Below are positions 18,289 to 27,534 of a stretch of DNA of 64,000 bases, one piece after another. The translations under genes were made by a program, and so were the position numbers. The notes under the pieces were generated by a model that made no database searches, was not told where the DNA came from, and saw only the letters and a program-made list of their open reading frames with translations. Position 1 is the stretch's first letter; every line of letters begins with the position of its first letter. The DNA comes from an uncultured Planctomycetia bacterium. GTDB lineage: Bacteria; Omnitrophota; Gorgyraeia; Duberdicusellales; 4484-171. Location: contig CAZAYU010000002.1 in the NCBI GenBank assembly GCA_964489445.1, forward strand, positions 269,020 through 333,019. The letters are read 5' to 3'.

Positions 18289-19732
18289 AAAAACAATCTT
18301 TGACAAATGTAGGAAGAATAAAGAATCTAGCTATGTAGATTGTGAACTTGGCTCGCTTGATGAGTTAAAAGCTGTGATTCCAAGTAATTTCCTAAGAGAT
18401 GATTTGCCCTTGCCGAACTTAGGAGAATTGGATGTTGTCAGACATTATACGCACTTAGGAAGTTTGAATTTTTCAGTTGATACTAATTTTTATCCACTTG
18501 GTTCATGCACAATGAAATATAATCCTAAGATTAATGAAGCAATTGCGCACCTAAAAGGATTTACTGATATTCATCCTTATCAAAGCGAAAAAGATATCCA
18601 AGGGGCGTTAGAGCTAATGTATTGTTTGGAAGAAGCGCTTTGTGAAATTACCGGAATGAAAAGATTTTCTTTTCAGCCCTCTAGTGGTGCACAAGGAGAA
18701 TTAGCTGGCATGTTGATGGTGCGTAAGTTTCATCAAGTTCACGGGAATAAAAAAACCAAAGTGATAGTTCCGGATACTGCTCACGGAACAAACCCTGCTA
18801 CCGCGGCAATGTCTGGGTATGCAATTCAGGTTATTGAAAGTAGCCCTGAAGGTTTAATTGATATCAAGCGGTTACGGAATCTTGTAGATGAGGAGACTGC
18901 GGCTATTATGCTTACTAACCCGAATACTCTAGGGTTATTTGAGGAGAGGATACTAGAGATCAGTGATATTGTTCATCAAAAAGGGGGATTGCTTTATTAT
19001 GATGGAGCTAATTTCAATCCCCTTTTAGGGATTACTAATCCGCTATTGATGGGGTTTGACATTGTTCATCTAAACCTGCATAAGACTTTTTCTACGCCGC
19101 ATGGCTGTGGCGGCCCGGGGGCTGGAGTTGTGGGGGTTAGTGATAGATTAATCGATTTCTTGCCTGCTCCATTGGTTGAAAAAAATAATGGAAAATTCTA
19201 TTTCAACTACAACCTAAAACACTCTATTGGAAGAATACGTAGTTTTTATGGTAATTTTAGTGTTTTAGTAAGAACTTACGCGTATATTTTAAGATTAGGA
19301 AGAAACGGGCTGATTAAAGCGGCGCAGAATGCAGTATTAAATGCAAATTATCTTAAAGAAAAACTAAAAGAAAATTTTGAGGTTGCCTACCTAAAAGAAT
19401 GCATGCATGAAGTAATTTTTACCTGCCAACAGCAAAAAGAAAAAGGAGTGGCTGTCTTTGACATTGCAAAAAGGCTAATAGATTACGAGATACATCCTCC
19501 AACAATATACTTTCCGTTAATAGTGAAGGAGGCCTTGATGGTTGAACCTACTGAAACAGAAAGTAAAGAAACAATAGATTATTTTATTGAAAGTATGACA
19601 AAAATTAACAATGAAATAAAAGAAAACCCACAGATAGTTAAAAATTCTCCGCATACTACACCTATCAAAAGAGTTGATGAAACGAAAGCTGCAAGATGTC
19701 TTGATTTGAGATGGAAAAAAACTGGCGATTGA
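18281..19732 (+). CDS. gcvPB: Glycine dehydrogenase subunit 2
   Basis: PLGSCTMKYNP, AHGTNPA, TNPNTLG, YDGAN, HLNLHKTF (PLP Lys), EPTETE. Confidence 0.97.
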   Translation: MGKKTIFDKCRKNKESSYVDCELGSLDELKAVIPSNFLRDDLPLPNLGELDVVRHYTHLGSLNFSVDTNFYPLGSCTMKYNPKINEAIAHLKGFTDIHPYQSEKDIQGALELMYCLEEALCEITGMKRFSFQPSSGAQGELAGMLMVRKFHQVHGNKKTKVIVPDTAHGTNPATAAMSGYAIQVIESSPEGLIDIKRLRNLVDEETAAIMLTNPNTLGLFEERILEISDIVHQKGGLLYYDGANFNPLLGITNPLLMGFDIVHLNLHKTFSTPHGCGGPGAGVVGVSDRLIDFLPAPLVEKNNGKFYFNYNLKHSIGRIRSFYGNFSVLVRTYAYILRLGRNGLIKAAQNAVLNANYLKEKLKENFEVAYLKECMHEVIFTCQQQKEKGVAVFDIAKRLIDYEIHPPTIYFPLIVKEALMVEPTETESKETIDYFIESMTKINNEIKENPQIVKNSPHTTPIKRVDETKAARCLDLRWKKTGD

Positions 19733-20628
19733 TTTTAGATCAAAAAGACAAAGGATATTGTAATATGGCCAAAGATGAAGCTATATTGCGGATGTACCCT
19801 TATCAAAAAATTCCTACTTTAAGAATATATGGGTGGAGTAATCCATGGGTATCTTTAGGGTGTAATCAGAAAATAGAGGATGTCTTAAAAATGCCAACAG
19901 ATGTTCCTTTTGTTCGAAGGATAACAGGAGGTGCGGCAATTTTGCATGATCAAGAAGTTACTTATAGTATTTCTTGTTCGCAGAGTGATCTGAATTTACC
20001 CAGTAGCGTTAAAGAGGCGTATAGAATTATTTGTTCCTTTTTAAAATTTTTTTATTGTCAGTTGGGGTTAAAGGCAGAATTCGCTGTTGATTTTCTTAAA
20101 AGAGGAAACAATCTGTATTCTTTAGGAGAAAATTCTATTTTTGGTGGTAACCATTCGATTTCAAAATCAGAGGTTTTGGGTGGTGGGGAGAAAACCGCTG
20201 ATTTTGGTTCGAGAGGTTTTACCTTAGACAGACAAGAAATTTTTTGTTTTTCTGCATGGCAAAAGTTTGATTTATTAGTTAATGGAAAGAAAATAGGTGG
20301 CAATGCACAACGTCGCACAAAAGATGCAATCTTTCAACATGGAAGTATACCTCAAAAAATAGATTTTTCTAAGGTTAAAAAAACAATAAAAAAATCCTTT
20401 GATTCGTTTAAAAGGGCAGGATTTTTAGATTATTTTTTGAAAAAAACAACAGATTTTTCTTCTTTGGCTTGCTATCTAAAAGATGCTTTTCAGATGACGT
20501 TCAAGATAAAGCTTATTGAGGGAAAGTTAACCGTTCAAGAAGAACATGTTTGCCAAAATTTAATTGATGAGAAGTATAGCAAAGAGGACTGGAATGTTGG
20601 CAGAAACAAAACCAAGATGGCTGAATAA
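19711..20628 (+). CDS. Lipoate-protein ligase / octanoyltransferase (LipM/LplA family) with internal insertion
   Basis: NMAKDEA, LRIYGW, RRITGGAAILH, KKIGGNAQRR, QHGS; lies between gcvPB and lipA. Confidence 0.88.
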   Translation: MEKNWRLILDQKDKGYCNMAKDEAILRMYPYQKIPTLRIYGWSNPWVSLGCNQKIEDVLKMPTDVPFVRRITGGAAILHDQEVTYSISCSQSDLNLPSSVKEAYRIICSFLKFFYCQLGLKAEFAVDFLKRGNNLYSLGENSIFGGNHSISKSEVLGGGEKTADFGSRGFTLDRQEIFCFSAWQKFDLLVNGKKIGGNAQRRTKDAIFQHGSIPQKIDFSKVKKTIKKSFDSFKRAGFLDYFLKKTTDFSSLACYLKDAFQMTFKIKLIEGKLTVQEEHVCQNLIDEKYSKEDWNVGRNKTKMAE

Positions 20629-21448
20629 AAAAATTATTCATTCTGCATGCCGAGACACAAGAAAGCTTTTAAGGGGTTTAGGTCTACGTACAGTATGTGA
20701 AGAGTCCTTGTGCCCTAATATCTCTGAATGCTTTGGGAAAAAAGTAGCAACTTTTATGATCTTAGGGGTGGTTTGCACCCGTGGTTGTGCTTTTTGCGGT
20801 GTAACTAAAGATAAACGTCCAAAGGAAGTTGACTTGAATGAACCACTTAAGATTAAAGAAGCTGTTCAAAAGCTAAGGCTAAACTACATAGTTATTACTT
20901 CACCGACTCGTGACGATCTGTTTGATGGGGGTGCAAGTGCTTTTTGTCGTACGGTTAAGGAAATTAAGAGCATTAGCTTGCAGAAAAGAGTAGAATTGTT
21001 AATCCCTGATTTTAAAGAAAATCTTAGCTCAATAGAAAAGGTAGTGTTTTCGGGGGCAGAAGTGATAGCCCATAACGTAGAAACTGTTCCTTCTCTATAT
21101 ATAAAGGTAAGAAGGGGAGCAGATTATAGGCGATCTCTGAATGTGTTGAGCCGAATAAAAGGCAGCAATAGCAAATTGTTTGTTAAATCAGGCATAATGC
21201 TGGGATTGGGGGAAAAGGAAAAAGAAGTGAAAAATGTTTTAGAAGATCTAAAATCGGTTGGCTGTGATTTTGTTACCATAGGTCAATATTTACCACCATC
21301 CTTGGAACACACACCTTTGAAAGAGTATGTAGCTCCGGAAGTATTTAATCATTTCAAGGAATATGCTTTTAGTCTTGGTTTTATGGATGTTAAAAGTGCA
21401 CCTTATGTCCGCTCTTCTTATCTTGCCCATTCCTTCTTCTGTGAATAA
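20594..21448 (+). CDS. lipA: Lipoyl synthase
   Basis: CEESLCPNISEC (CX4CX5C), CTRGCAFC (radical SAM), HNVETV, GQYL, RSSY. Confidence 0.97.
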   Translation: MLAETKPRWLNKKIIHSACRDTRKLLRGLGLRTVCEESLCPNISECFGKKVATFMILGVVCTRGCAFCGVTKDKRPKEVDLNEPLKIKEAVQKLRLNYIVITSPTRDDLFDGGASAFCRTVKEIKSISLQKRVELLIPDFKENLSSIEKVVFSGAEVIAHNVETVPSLYIKVRRGADYRRSLNVLSRIKGSNSKLFVKSGIMLGLGEKEKEVKNVLEDLKSVGCDFVTIGQYLPPSLEHTPLKEYVAPEVFNHFKEYAFSLGFMDVKSAPYVRSSYLAHSFFCE

Positions 21449-21459
21449 AGTTAGTTTAA

Positions 21460-21507
21460 AATATACTATATATAGTATATTATGAAAGAGTATACTATAT
21501 ATAGCAA
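21460..21507. promoter_or_regulatory. Tandem palindromic operator-like sites (NrdR-box-like)
   Basis: Perfect 22-bp palindrome AATATACTATATATAGTATATT (21460-21481); TATACTATATATAG repeated at 21462 and 21491. Confidence 0.5.
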
Positions 21508-21535
21508 TAAGGTAAAAAAAGATGCTATATTATTC

Positions 21536-21564
21536 TTGACATATAACAGGATAAGTAATTTAAT
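21536..21564 (+). promoter_or_regulatory. Sigma70-type promoter for the HTH-pil operon
   Basis: TTGACA 21536-21541, 17-bp spacer, TTTAAT 21559-21564. Confidence 0.55.
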
Positions 21565-21608
21565 GTAAACATAACGCAAATATAAGATAAGTAAACATAT
21601 AATACATA

Positions 21609-21794
21609 ATGAAACAAAAACGAATTCCACGTCTGATGAATGTTGATGAATTGGCCAGTTATCTGGGGCTTCAAAAACAAACAATCTATAACTGGTTGCA
21701 TAATAAAAAAATATCTGGAATAAAAATTGGTAAAGTTTGGCGTTTTGATCGTAAAGATATTGATTCCTGGCTAAAGAAATGTAGTCAAAGCTAA
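21609..21794 (+). CDS. Excisionase-like (HTH_17) DNA-binding protein
   Basis: LMNVDELASYLG....TIYNW....ISGIKIGKVWRF....ID.W. Confidence 0.9.
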   Translation: MKQKRIPRLMNVDELASYLGLQKQTIYNWLHNKKISGIKIGKVWRFDRKDIDSWLKKCSQS

Positions 21795-21798
21795 TATT

Positions 21799-23328
21799 AT
21801 GTTTAATTTAAGTAGTTTAAATTTTTTAAAAAGCATGACCCGGAAAAAAGAAAAACGGGTAGGTATATATTTGGGAGATACGGTTGTGAGTGCGGCGGTT
21901 GTCGAAGGGCGTGATATCGTGGATGTTACGAGTTTTGGACTTTCCGATCCAGGAGATCTTGACGGTGGAGCCCTAGGTGAAGGATTAGAATGGGAAGCGC
22001 TAATTAATAAATCACTCAGGGAGGTAGGGGCTGATACTAATAAAGTTTATGTTGCGTTAGCGGACCGAGATTTTATTTTTAGACCTCTAGAAATGCCTCT
22101 AATGAATCGCAGTGAAATAGAATCTTCACTATTGTACGAAATTGAAAAGTATATTCCGTTTAAAATCGATAAACTAGTCTGGGATTATGGATATAATACT
22201 TCTTATAAAGATAAAAAGGTAAATCTTACTTTTGTAGGCATTAAAAGTAGTAATATTCAAAAAATAAAAGAAACATTAGCTCGCTTGCAAATTGACGAGA
22301 TAGTGGTTGAGCCTTCCTGCTTATCACTAGTAAGGATTTTAAAATCTTTGAAAAGATTTTTAAAAATTAGTGATTTTTCTTTATTAGATTTAAGTAAAGC
22401 AGAGGCAAATCTTACTTTCTTTAAAAAAGGTTTACCGGTGTTTAATCGCTACCTAAATATTCCTAAAACAAACGAGAACGTGGATGTTGAGAAGTTTATT
22501 GAAGCGGTAAACATATCTTTTCAGTATTTTCGTAGTGAATTTAAAACTCAGGATATAGGGCAACTAATTGTAATAAATGATAGTCAGAGCAATGAGCTAA
22601 CTGCTTCCTTGGAAAATAATTTAGGAACGGTTGTGGAATCAGTTTTTGTAGATGAACTTATTGGACGTCCGGAGGCGGGTATAGAAGGTGTAAAAGCTAT
22701 TGGGGTAGCTGGAAGGGATTCTTATCCTTATGATTTTAAGCCTATACTAAAAGGAACCAAAGATTTCATTGAAAAGTCAGAAAATCCTGTATTTTCTTCG
22801 TTAAAATTAGCACCGCTATCTTTTTTTGTTGGAGTATTAGCCGTCATCTTAGTAGTTATTTTCTTTTTTTTAAACGGAAAGATTTCTGTGGAAGAAAGTA
22901 AAATTAAGAAAGATGAGAAAAACATAGCAATTCCCACAAGTCTTAAAAAGCTATCTTGGGCGGGGATGGAGAAAGTTATCGAAAATAAAAAAAAGGAAAA
23001 CTTATTGCTAAGGAGTAACAGTGAAGAGCAGCTGAGAGTTGCATTGTTTTTTAACTTAATGAGCAGTAATTCAGTGCTATCTGATGGAATATGGTTTGAT
23101 GATTTTGAATTTGGAAAATTTAAAGGTATTGCTTTTGTTACTATTAAGGGGTCTATTTTTCTTAATGATGAATATACAGAAAGAATGGCAGTTGATAAGT
23201 TTGTCGGTAACCTCAGAAAAAATCAAGATATTTCGACAATGTTTCGTCGCGTAGAACTTGAGTCATCAGATCGAAGAAATACTGAAGGATTTTTTATTAC
23301 TCAGTTTGTCATTAGATTAAGTAATTGA
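21799..23328 (+). CDS. pilM: Type IV pilus PilM-like protein fused to a PilN-like domain
   Basis: Actin-like PilM signature (EIEKYIPF, WDY, VEPS..SL), then a single TM (~aa 340-358) and a PilN-like periplasmic part (GIWF..F, IKGS, F..NL). Confidence 0.72.
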   Translation: MFNLSSLNFLKSMTRKKEKRVGIYLGDTVVSAAVVEGRDIVDVTSFGLSDPGDLDGGALGEGLEWEALINKSLREVGADTNKVYVALADRDFIFRPLEMPLMNRSEIESSLLYEIEKYIPFKIDKLVWDYGYNTSYKDKKVNLTFVGIKSSNIQKIKETLARLQIDEIVVEPSCLSLVRILKSLKRFLKISDFSLLDLSKAEANLTFFKKGLPVFNRYLNIPKTNENVDVEKFIEAVNISFQYFRSEFKTQDIGQLIVINDSQSNELTASLENNLGTVVESVFVDELIGRPEAGIEGVKAIGVAGRDSYPYDFKPILKGTKDFIEKSENPVFSSLKLAPLSFFVGVLAVILVVIFFFLNGKISVEESKIKKDEKNIAIPTSLKKLSWAGMEKVIENKKKENLLLRSNSEEQLRVALFFNLMSSNSVLSDGIWFDDFEFGKFKGIAFVTIKGSIFLNDEYTERMAVDKFVGNLRKNQDISTMFRRVELESSDRRNTEGFFITQFVIRLSN

Positions 23329-23347
23329 TTTTTTATTGTTGTTAACT

Positions 23348-23866
23348 ATGAAGAATATTTTACAATTTGACATCAAGAATGATTTGGATGTATCAAAATA
23401 CAGCAATTCGTTTGTTGTGGCAGCACTTATTATAGTATTTATTTTGATAGCTAGAGGGTTGCTTTCTAATTATTCTGTTCAGCAAAAAAGGATAACGCAA
23501 GAAATTAAAAGAATAGAAGAAAAGAAAGATTTAGTAAAAAAATGGGAGGCGGTTGCGAAGGAATATAAGGTATTGAGCGATGATTTTGTACAAAATGATC
23601 CATCACTTCTTAAAAAAATATTAGAACAAAGCGCTCGCAAGGCTAATATCCGTATTACTTCTTTTCGGTCTTCGCGAAAAGACGCAGATCCTTTCATTGT
23701 GGTAATGCTAAGACTAAAAGCGGATAGTTCTTATGAGAATTTAGTTAAATTTTTGCAGCTGGTTGAAGACAAAGGTATTGAAGTTGACAGCGCTAAACTA
23801 TCTCGGAAAGATAATAAGATGACGATAGAAGAGCTTGTGCTTAAAGGATATATTCTTAAAAAATGA
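23348..23866 (+). CDS. PilO/GspM-like alignment protein
   Basis: N-terminal TM, coiled coil, SSYENLVKFLQLVE; position after pilM/N. Confidence 0.65.
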   Translation: MKNILQFDIKNDLDVSKYSNSFVVAALIIVFILIARGLLSNYSVQQKRITQEIKRIEEKKDLVKKWEAVAKEYKVLSDDFVQNDPSLLKKILEQSARKANIRITSFRSSRKDADPFIVVMLRLKADSSYENLVKFLQLVEDKGIEVDSAKLSRKDNKMTIEELVLKGYILKK

Positions 23867-24246
23867 TAGTACGGGTAATGGTTATTATTACAGTAGCTTT
23901 AATTATGCCTTTAGGTGTTTATTCTGAAAATGGTGGCATGTATCGTGATCCTTTTTCTCCTGTACTTCCGCCGATAGAACAAATTGGGGATAATTCGGCA
24001 TTAATTGAGAAATTTACTACACCAGTTAAAGAGGAAATACCAGTGCAGTTACCCCCTTTAGTTGTTCAGGGTCTACTCTATGGGTCAAAAATACCACAAG
24101 CTATAATTGACGGAGAAGTTTATAAAGCAGGAGATGAGCTTCGCAACATTAATGGAAAAGTGTCAAGAGTTGAAAAAAACTCAGTATTTATTTTATATCA
24201 GGGAAAAACACACGAAGTTAAGGTCAAAAAACGGGAGGGAAAATGA
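23863..24246 (+). CDS. PilP/GspC-like protein
   Basis: Signal peptide, RDPF.P, L.VQGLLY, AIIDGEVY..GD; precedes the secretin. Confidence 0.65.
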   Translation: MIVRVMVIITVALIMPLGVYSENGGMYRDPFSPVLPPIEQIGDNSALIEKFTTPVKEEIPVQLPPLVVQGLLYGSKIPQAIIDGEVYKAGDELRNINGKVSRVEKNSVFILYQGKTHEVKVKKREGK

Positions 24247-25697
24247 GAAGAATTATTATTATGCTTTTTTTAATGATGACGATTTCTGTAGGATTCGCTA
24301 TAGCGAAGGATAATATTTACGGTGGTTATCTTTTAATGGATTCCGAGAGTCCGGTTTCTTTGGATTTAGAAGGTGCTAATTTGATAGATGTGTTAAAAAT
24401 GTTTTCACAGCAAACAGGACTTAATTTTATATCCACAGAGGCAGTTAAAGATAGGCAACTGACTCTGTATATGAATGAGGTTCCTTTGGAGAAAGCAATG
24501 GACACTATCTTTAGTGCCAATAATTTAGCGTATGATTATTTTCCAGAATCAAATGTATTTATTGTTAAGGAAATGGGTAAACCAACGATTGAATTATTAA
24601 CAAAAGTTTATCCTTTAAAATATGCATGTGTTTCTGATTCACGCATTGCTAAGGGATTTAGCACTGATGTTAGTTCAAGCGACGACAGTGGAGGGGGAAT
24701 CGATGAGGCAGACGGTGTAGGAACGAATATTTCATCTATAGTGGAGAAAATTATTTCGGAAAACGGTTCAGTTTCTGAAGAACCTAGGATTAACGCACTC
24801 ATTGTAACTGATGTTCCTTCTCAATTTCCGGCAATTGACAAGGTGATAGCAGAATTAGATAAACCTGTTCTTAAGGTGATGATTGAGGTAGAAGTCTTAG
24901 ATATTTCGAAAGGAGATTTAAAGGAATTTGGCATGATGGTTAATTATAAGGGGCACAGCCAGAGCAAGAAACATTTTTCGTTTATGGATACCGAGACAAC
25001 TCCGCTAAATAACTTTTTTGGTACTATAGCACAAGGACTCAATGGAGGGTCAGTTGGTACGCTAGCTTTAAATGAATTTAATATGATGATGACTTTTTTA
25101 GAACAGAAATCGAGCACTCGGCTATTGGCTCAACCCAAATTGCTAGTGCTTTCGCATCAAGAAGCGATAATCCATGTAGGAAATGAAATATGGAGTAAAG
25201 ATACTGAACATTTTGAAGGGGGCGATTCTTCAACAGCCATTGGAGATAAGAAGACTCAAACCGGAGTTCAGCTTCAAATTATTCCACAAGTTAATTCAGA
25301 ATTATCCGAAGATATTACTTTGGTGGTGAGCATTGAGATTAGTGATGCGTTTGCAGAAATTACCGGAGATGATTTTTATACTAAGCCTACCCGAAGCGTG
25401 AATACTATTACTCGTGTAGGAGAAGGTGAAACGTTATTGCTTGGTGGTCTTATTCGAAAAGACACTGACGTTGGAAAAGAAAAGATTCCTTTTCTAGGGG
25501 ATATTCCTTTTCTAGGGGCTTTTTTTAGAAGCAAGTCTAATGACAAAGATGAGCGAGAATTGATAGTGTTTATTACTCCTCGCATTGTTGAGGGGCAGTC
25601 GTATACGGCTAAAAAATCACAAAGTTTTCATTTGGGAAAAATAGATCCTTCTCGCAGGCAATCTGTAAGATTTGCTTTGGATAGGTTCTGTCGTTAA
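24243..25697 (+). CDS. pilQ: Secretin (PilQ/GspD family)
   Basis: N0 SLDLEGANLIDVLK, N3 NALIVTD, VMIEVEV, LLAQPKL, GETLLLGGLI, KIPFLGDIPFLG.FF, ELIVFITPRI. Confidence 0.88.
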   Translation: MRRIIIMLFLMMTISVGFAIAKDNIYGGYLLMDSESPVSLDLEGANLIDVLKMFSQQTGLNFISTEAVKDRQLTLYMNEVPLEKAMDTIFSANNLAYDYFPESNVFIVKEMGKPTIELLTKVYPLKYACVSDSRIAKGFSTDVSSSDDSGGGIDEADGVGTNISSIVEKIISENGSVSEEPRINALIVTDVPSQFPAIDKVIAELDKPVLKVMIEVEVLDISKGDLKEFGMMVNYKGHSQSKKHFSFMDTETTPLNNFFGTIAQGLNGGSVGTLALNEFNMMMTFLEQKSSTRLLAQPKLLVLSHQEAIIHVGNEIWSKDTEHFEGGDSSTAIGDKKTQTGVQLQIIPQVNSELSEDITLVVSIEISDAFAEITGDDFYTKPTRSVNTITRVGEGETLLLGGLIRKDTDVGKEKIPFLGDIPFLGAFFRSKSNDKDERELIVFITPRIVEGQSYTAKKSQSFHLGKIDPSRRQSVRFALDRFCR

Positions 25698-25767
25698 GCT
25701 GATGTTCGAATAATTATTTCCATGATTAAATATTAAATGAGAACTGCTATTTTTAATAAATAAAACA

Positions 25768-27477
25768 ATGGGACGTTATAAAAAATTAGGTGATATACTA
25801 GTTTCCGAAGGAATTATAACTGAGGAACAAATTAAAAATGGAATAGCTATACAGGAAAATGAAGGTGGGAAGCTTGGTGAGGTTTTAGTCAAAATAGGAT
25901 ATGTAAATCAAGAACAAATAGTTATTGCTTTAAGCAAGCAGTTAGGGATTCCTTACATTTCTTTAGCTTCTGGAAAATTAAAACCAGTTCCTGGTCAAAA
26001 TTTAGACGAAGTTATTTCTCAAAATTTTGCTCTTCGAAATATCGTTTTACCTCTTTCACGTCATCTTAATTCATTAACTATTGTGATGTTCGATCCGTTA
26101 GATTTAATTTTAATTGACAATATAAAGAAAATAACCGGGTGCGAAATAAGTCCGGTTGTTTCGACAAAAACTGACATCATAAAAGCGATAGAAACTTTTT
26201 ATGGTAAGGATAAGATATTTCGTGATGCAATTCTTGCAGTAGATGGCGATGGGGAAGGTGACATTAAGGAGATATCTTCCGAGGAAACAGATTTAAGTCT
26301 AGACAAATTGATCGCTCAAGCTGAAGAAGCACCGGTTATTAAATTGGTAGATTTATTGATTAGACAGGCGATTGATGAAGGAGCTTCGGATGTGCACATT
26401 GAGCCTCATTATGGTAAGCTGATCTTGAGATATAGAATTGATGGTGTATTATACAACATGCCTTCTCCTTCCGTTGCTCTGTATCTTCCGATTATTTCCC
26501 GGATAAAGATTCTTTCCAAAATGGATATTGCTGAAAAAAGGCTTCCTCAGGATGGTGGGTTAATGGTGAGGATTGGGAAACGTTTGATAGATTTAAGAGT
26601 TTCAACATTACCGACTATTTATGGTGAGAAGATAGTAATGAGAATCCTAGATAAGTCAAGAATAGTTCTAAATTTCTCCGGTTTGGGCTTTTTACCTCAG
26701 GAATTAGATCTAATCCGTAAGGGGGTAAATGCTTCTTATGGGTTAGTGTTGCTTACCGGACCGACTGGAAGTGGAAAATCAACTACTTTATATGCTGCGT
26801 TGAATGAAGTTAAAAGTTCAGCAAAAAATATTCTTACTGTTGAAGATCCTGTTGAATATCGTCTCGATGAGATAAATCAGGTGCAGGTTAAGCCGGAGAT
26901 TGGGTTAACTTTTTCCAATGCACTAAGGTGCTTCTTAAGGCAGGATCCCGATATTATATTAGTAGGAGAGGTAAGAGACTTAGAAACTGCGGAAATGACT
27001 ATTCGCGCTGCGTTAACCGGTCATTTGGTTTTCTCGACTTTTCATACCAACGATGCTCCGTCTACTATAACCAGATTAGTTGATATTGGAATTCCTAGTT
27101 ATTTAGTTACTGCTTCTTTGCGCTTGATTATAGCACAAAGATTAGTAAGAAAATTATGTGTTCATTGCCGTCAACCTCACGAAATTAAAAAAGAAGAACT
27201 TCCTCGAGGAATATCTTTAGCGTCGCCGGTAATATATAAGGCACAGGGATGTGAGAAGTGTAATTCTATCGGTTACAAAGGAAGAATGCTGATTGCCGAG
27301 GTTATTCTAGTGGACGAAGACATTAGGAATGCTATTCATAAGGGGGCGACAAATAGCGAAATTATGGAATTGGCACGCGGAAAAGGAACACTTAATCTTT
27401 TAGAAAGTGGGATTAAAAAGGTCGAAGAAGGGCTTACTTCACTTGAGGAGATTTTTTCTGTGGCTTTGGTCAGTTAG
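25768..27477 (+). CDS. pilB: Type IV pilus assembly ATPase PilB/GspE with N-terminal MshEN motif
   Basis: KLGDIL..GII / KLGEVL..GYV, ASDVHIEP, GPTGSGKSTT, LRQDPD...GEVRD, HTND, CxxC...CxxC. Confidence 0.93.
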   Translation: MGRYKKLGDILVSEGIITEEQIKNGIAIQENEGGKLGEVLVKIGYVNQEQIVIALSKQLGIPYISLASGKLKPVPGQNLDEVISQNFALRNIVLPLSRHLNSLTIVMFDPLDLILIDNIKKITGCEISPVVSTKTDIIKAIETFYGKDKIFRDAILAVDGDGEGDIKEISSEETDLSLDKLIAQAEEAPVIKLVDLLIRQAIDEGASDVHIEPHYGKLILRYRIDGVLYNMPSPSVALYLPIISRIKILSKMDIAEKRLPQDGGLMVRIGKRLIDLRVSTLPTIYGEKIVMRILDKSRIVLNFSGLGFLPQELDLIRKGVNASYGLVLLTGPTGSGKSTTLYAALNEVKSSAKNILTVEDPVEYRLDEINQVQVKPEIGLTFSNALRCFLRQDPDIILVGEVRDLETAEMTIRAALTGHLVFSTFHTNDAPSTITRLVDIGIPSYLVTASLRLIIAQRLVRKLCVHCRQPHEIKKEELPRGISLASPVIYKAQGCEKCNSIGYKGRMLIAEVILVDEDIRNAIHKGATNSEIMELARGKGTLNLLESGIKKVEEGLTSLEEIFSVALVS

Positions 27478-27534
27478 TTTTAATATATTCGTTTTCAAGA
27501 AAAGTGATTAAACAAGTTATATAAGGTAGGTTGT

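Noticed and set aside
21609-21794. Excisionase as evidence of a prophage or ICE
   Set aside because: No integrase, att site or phage genes; tightly coupled to pilM.
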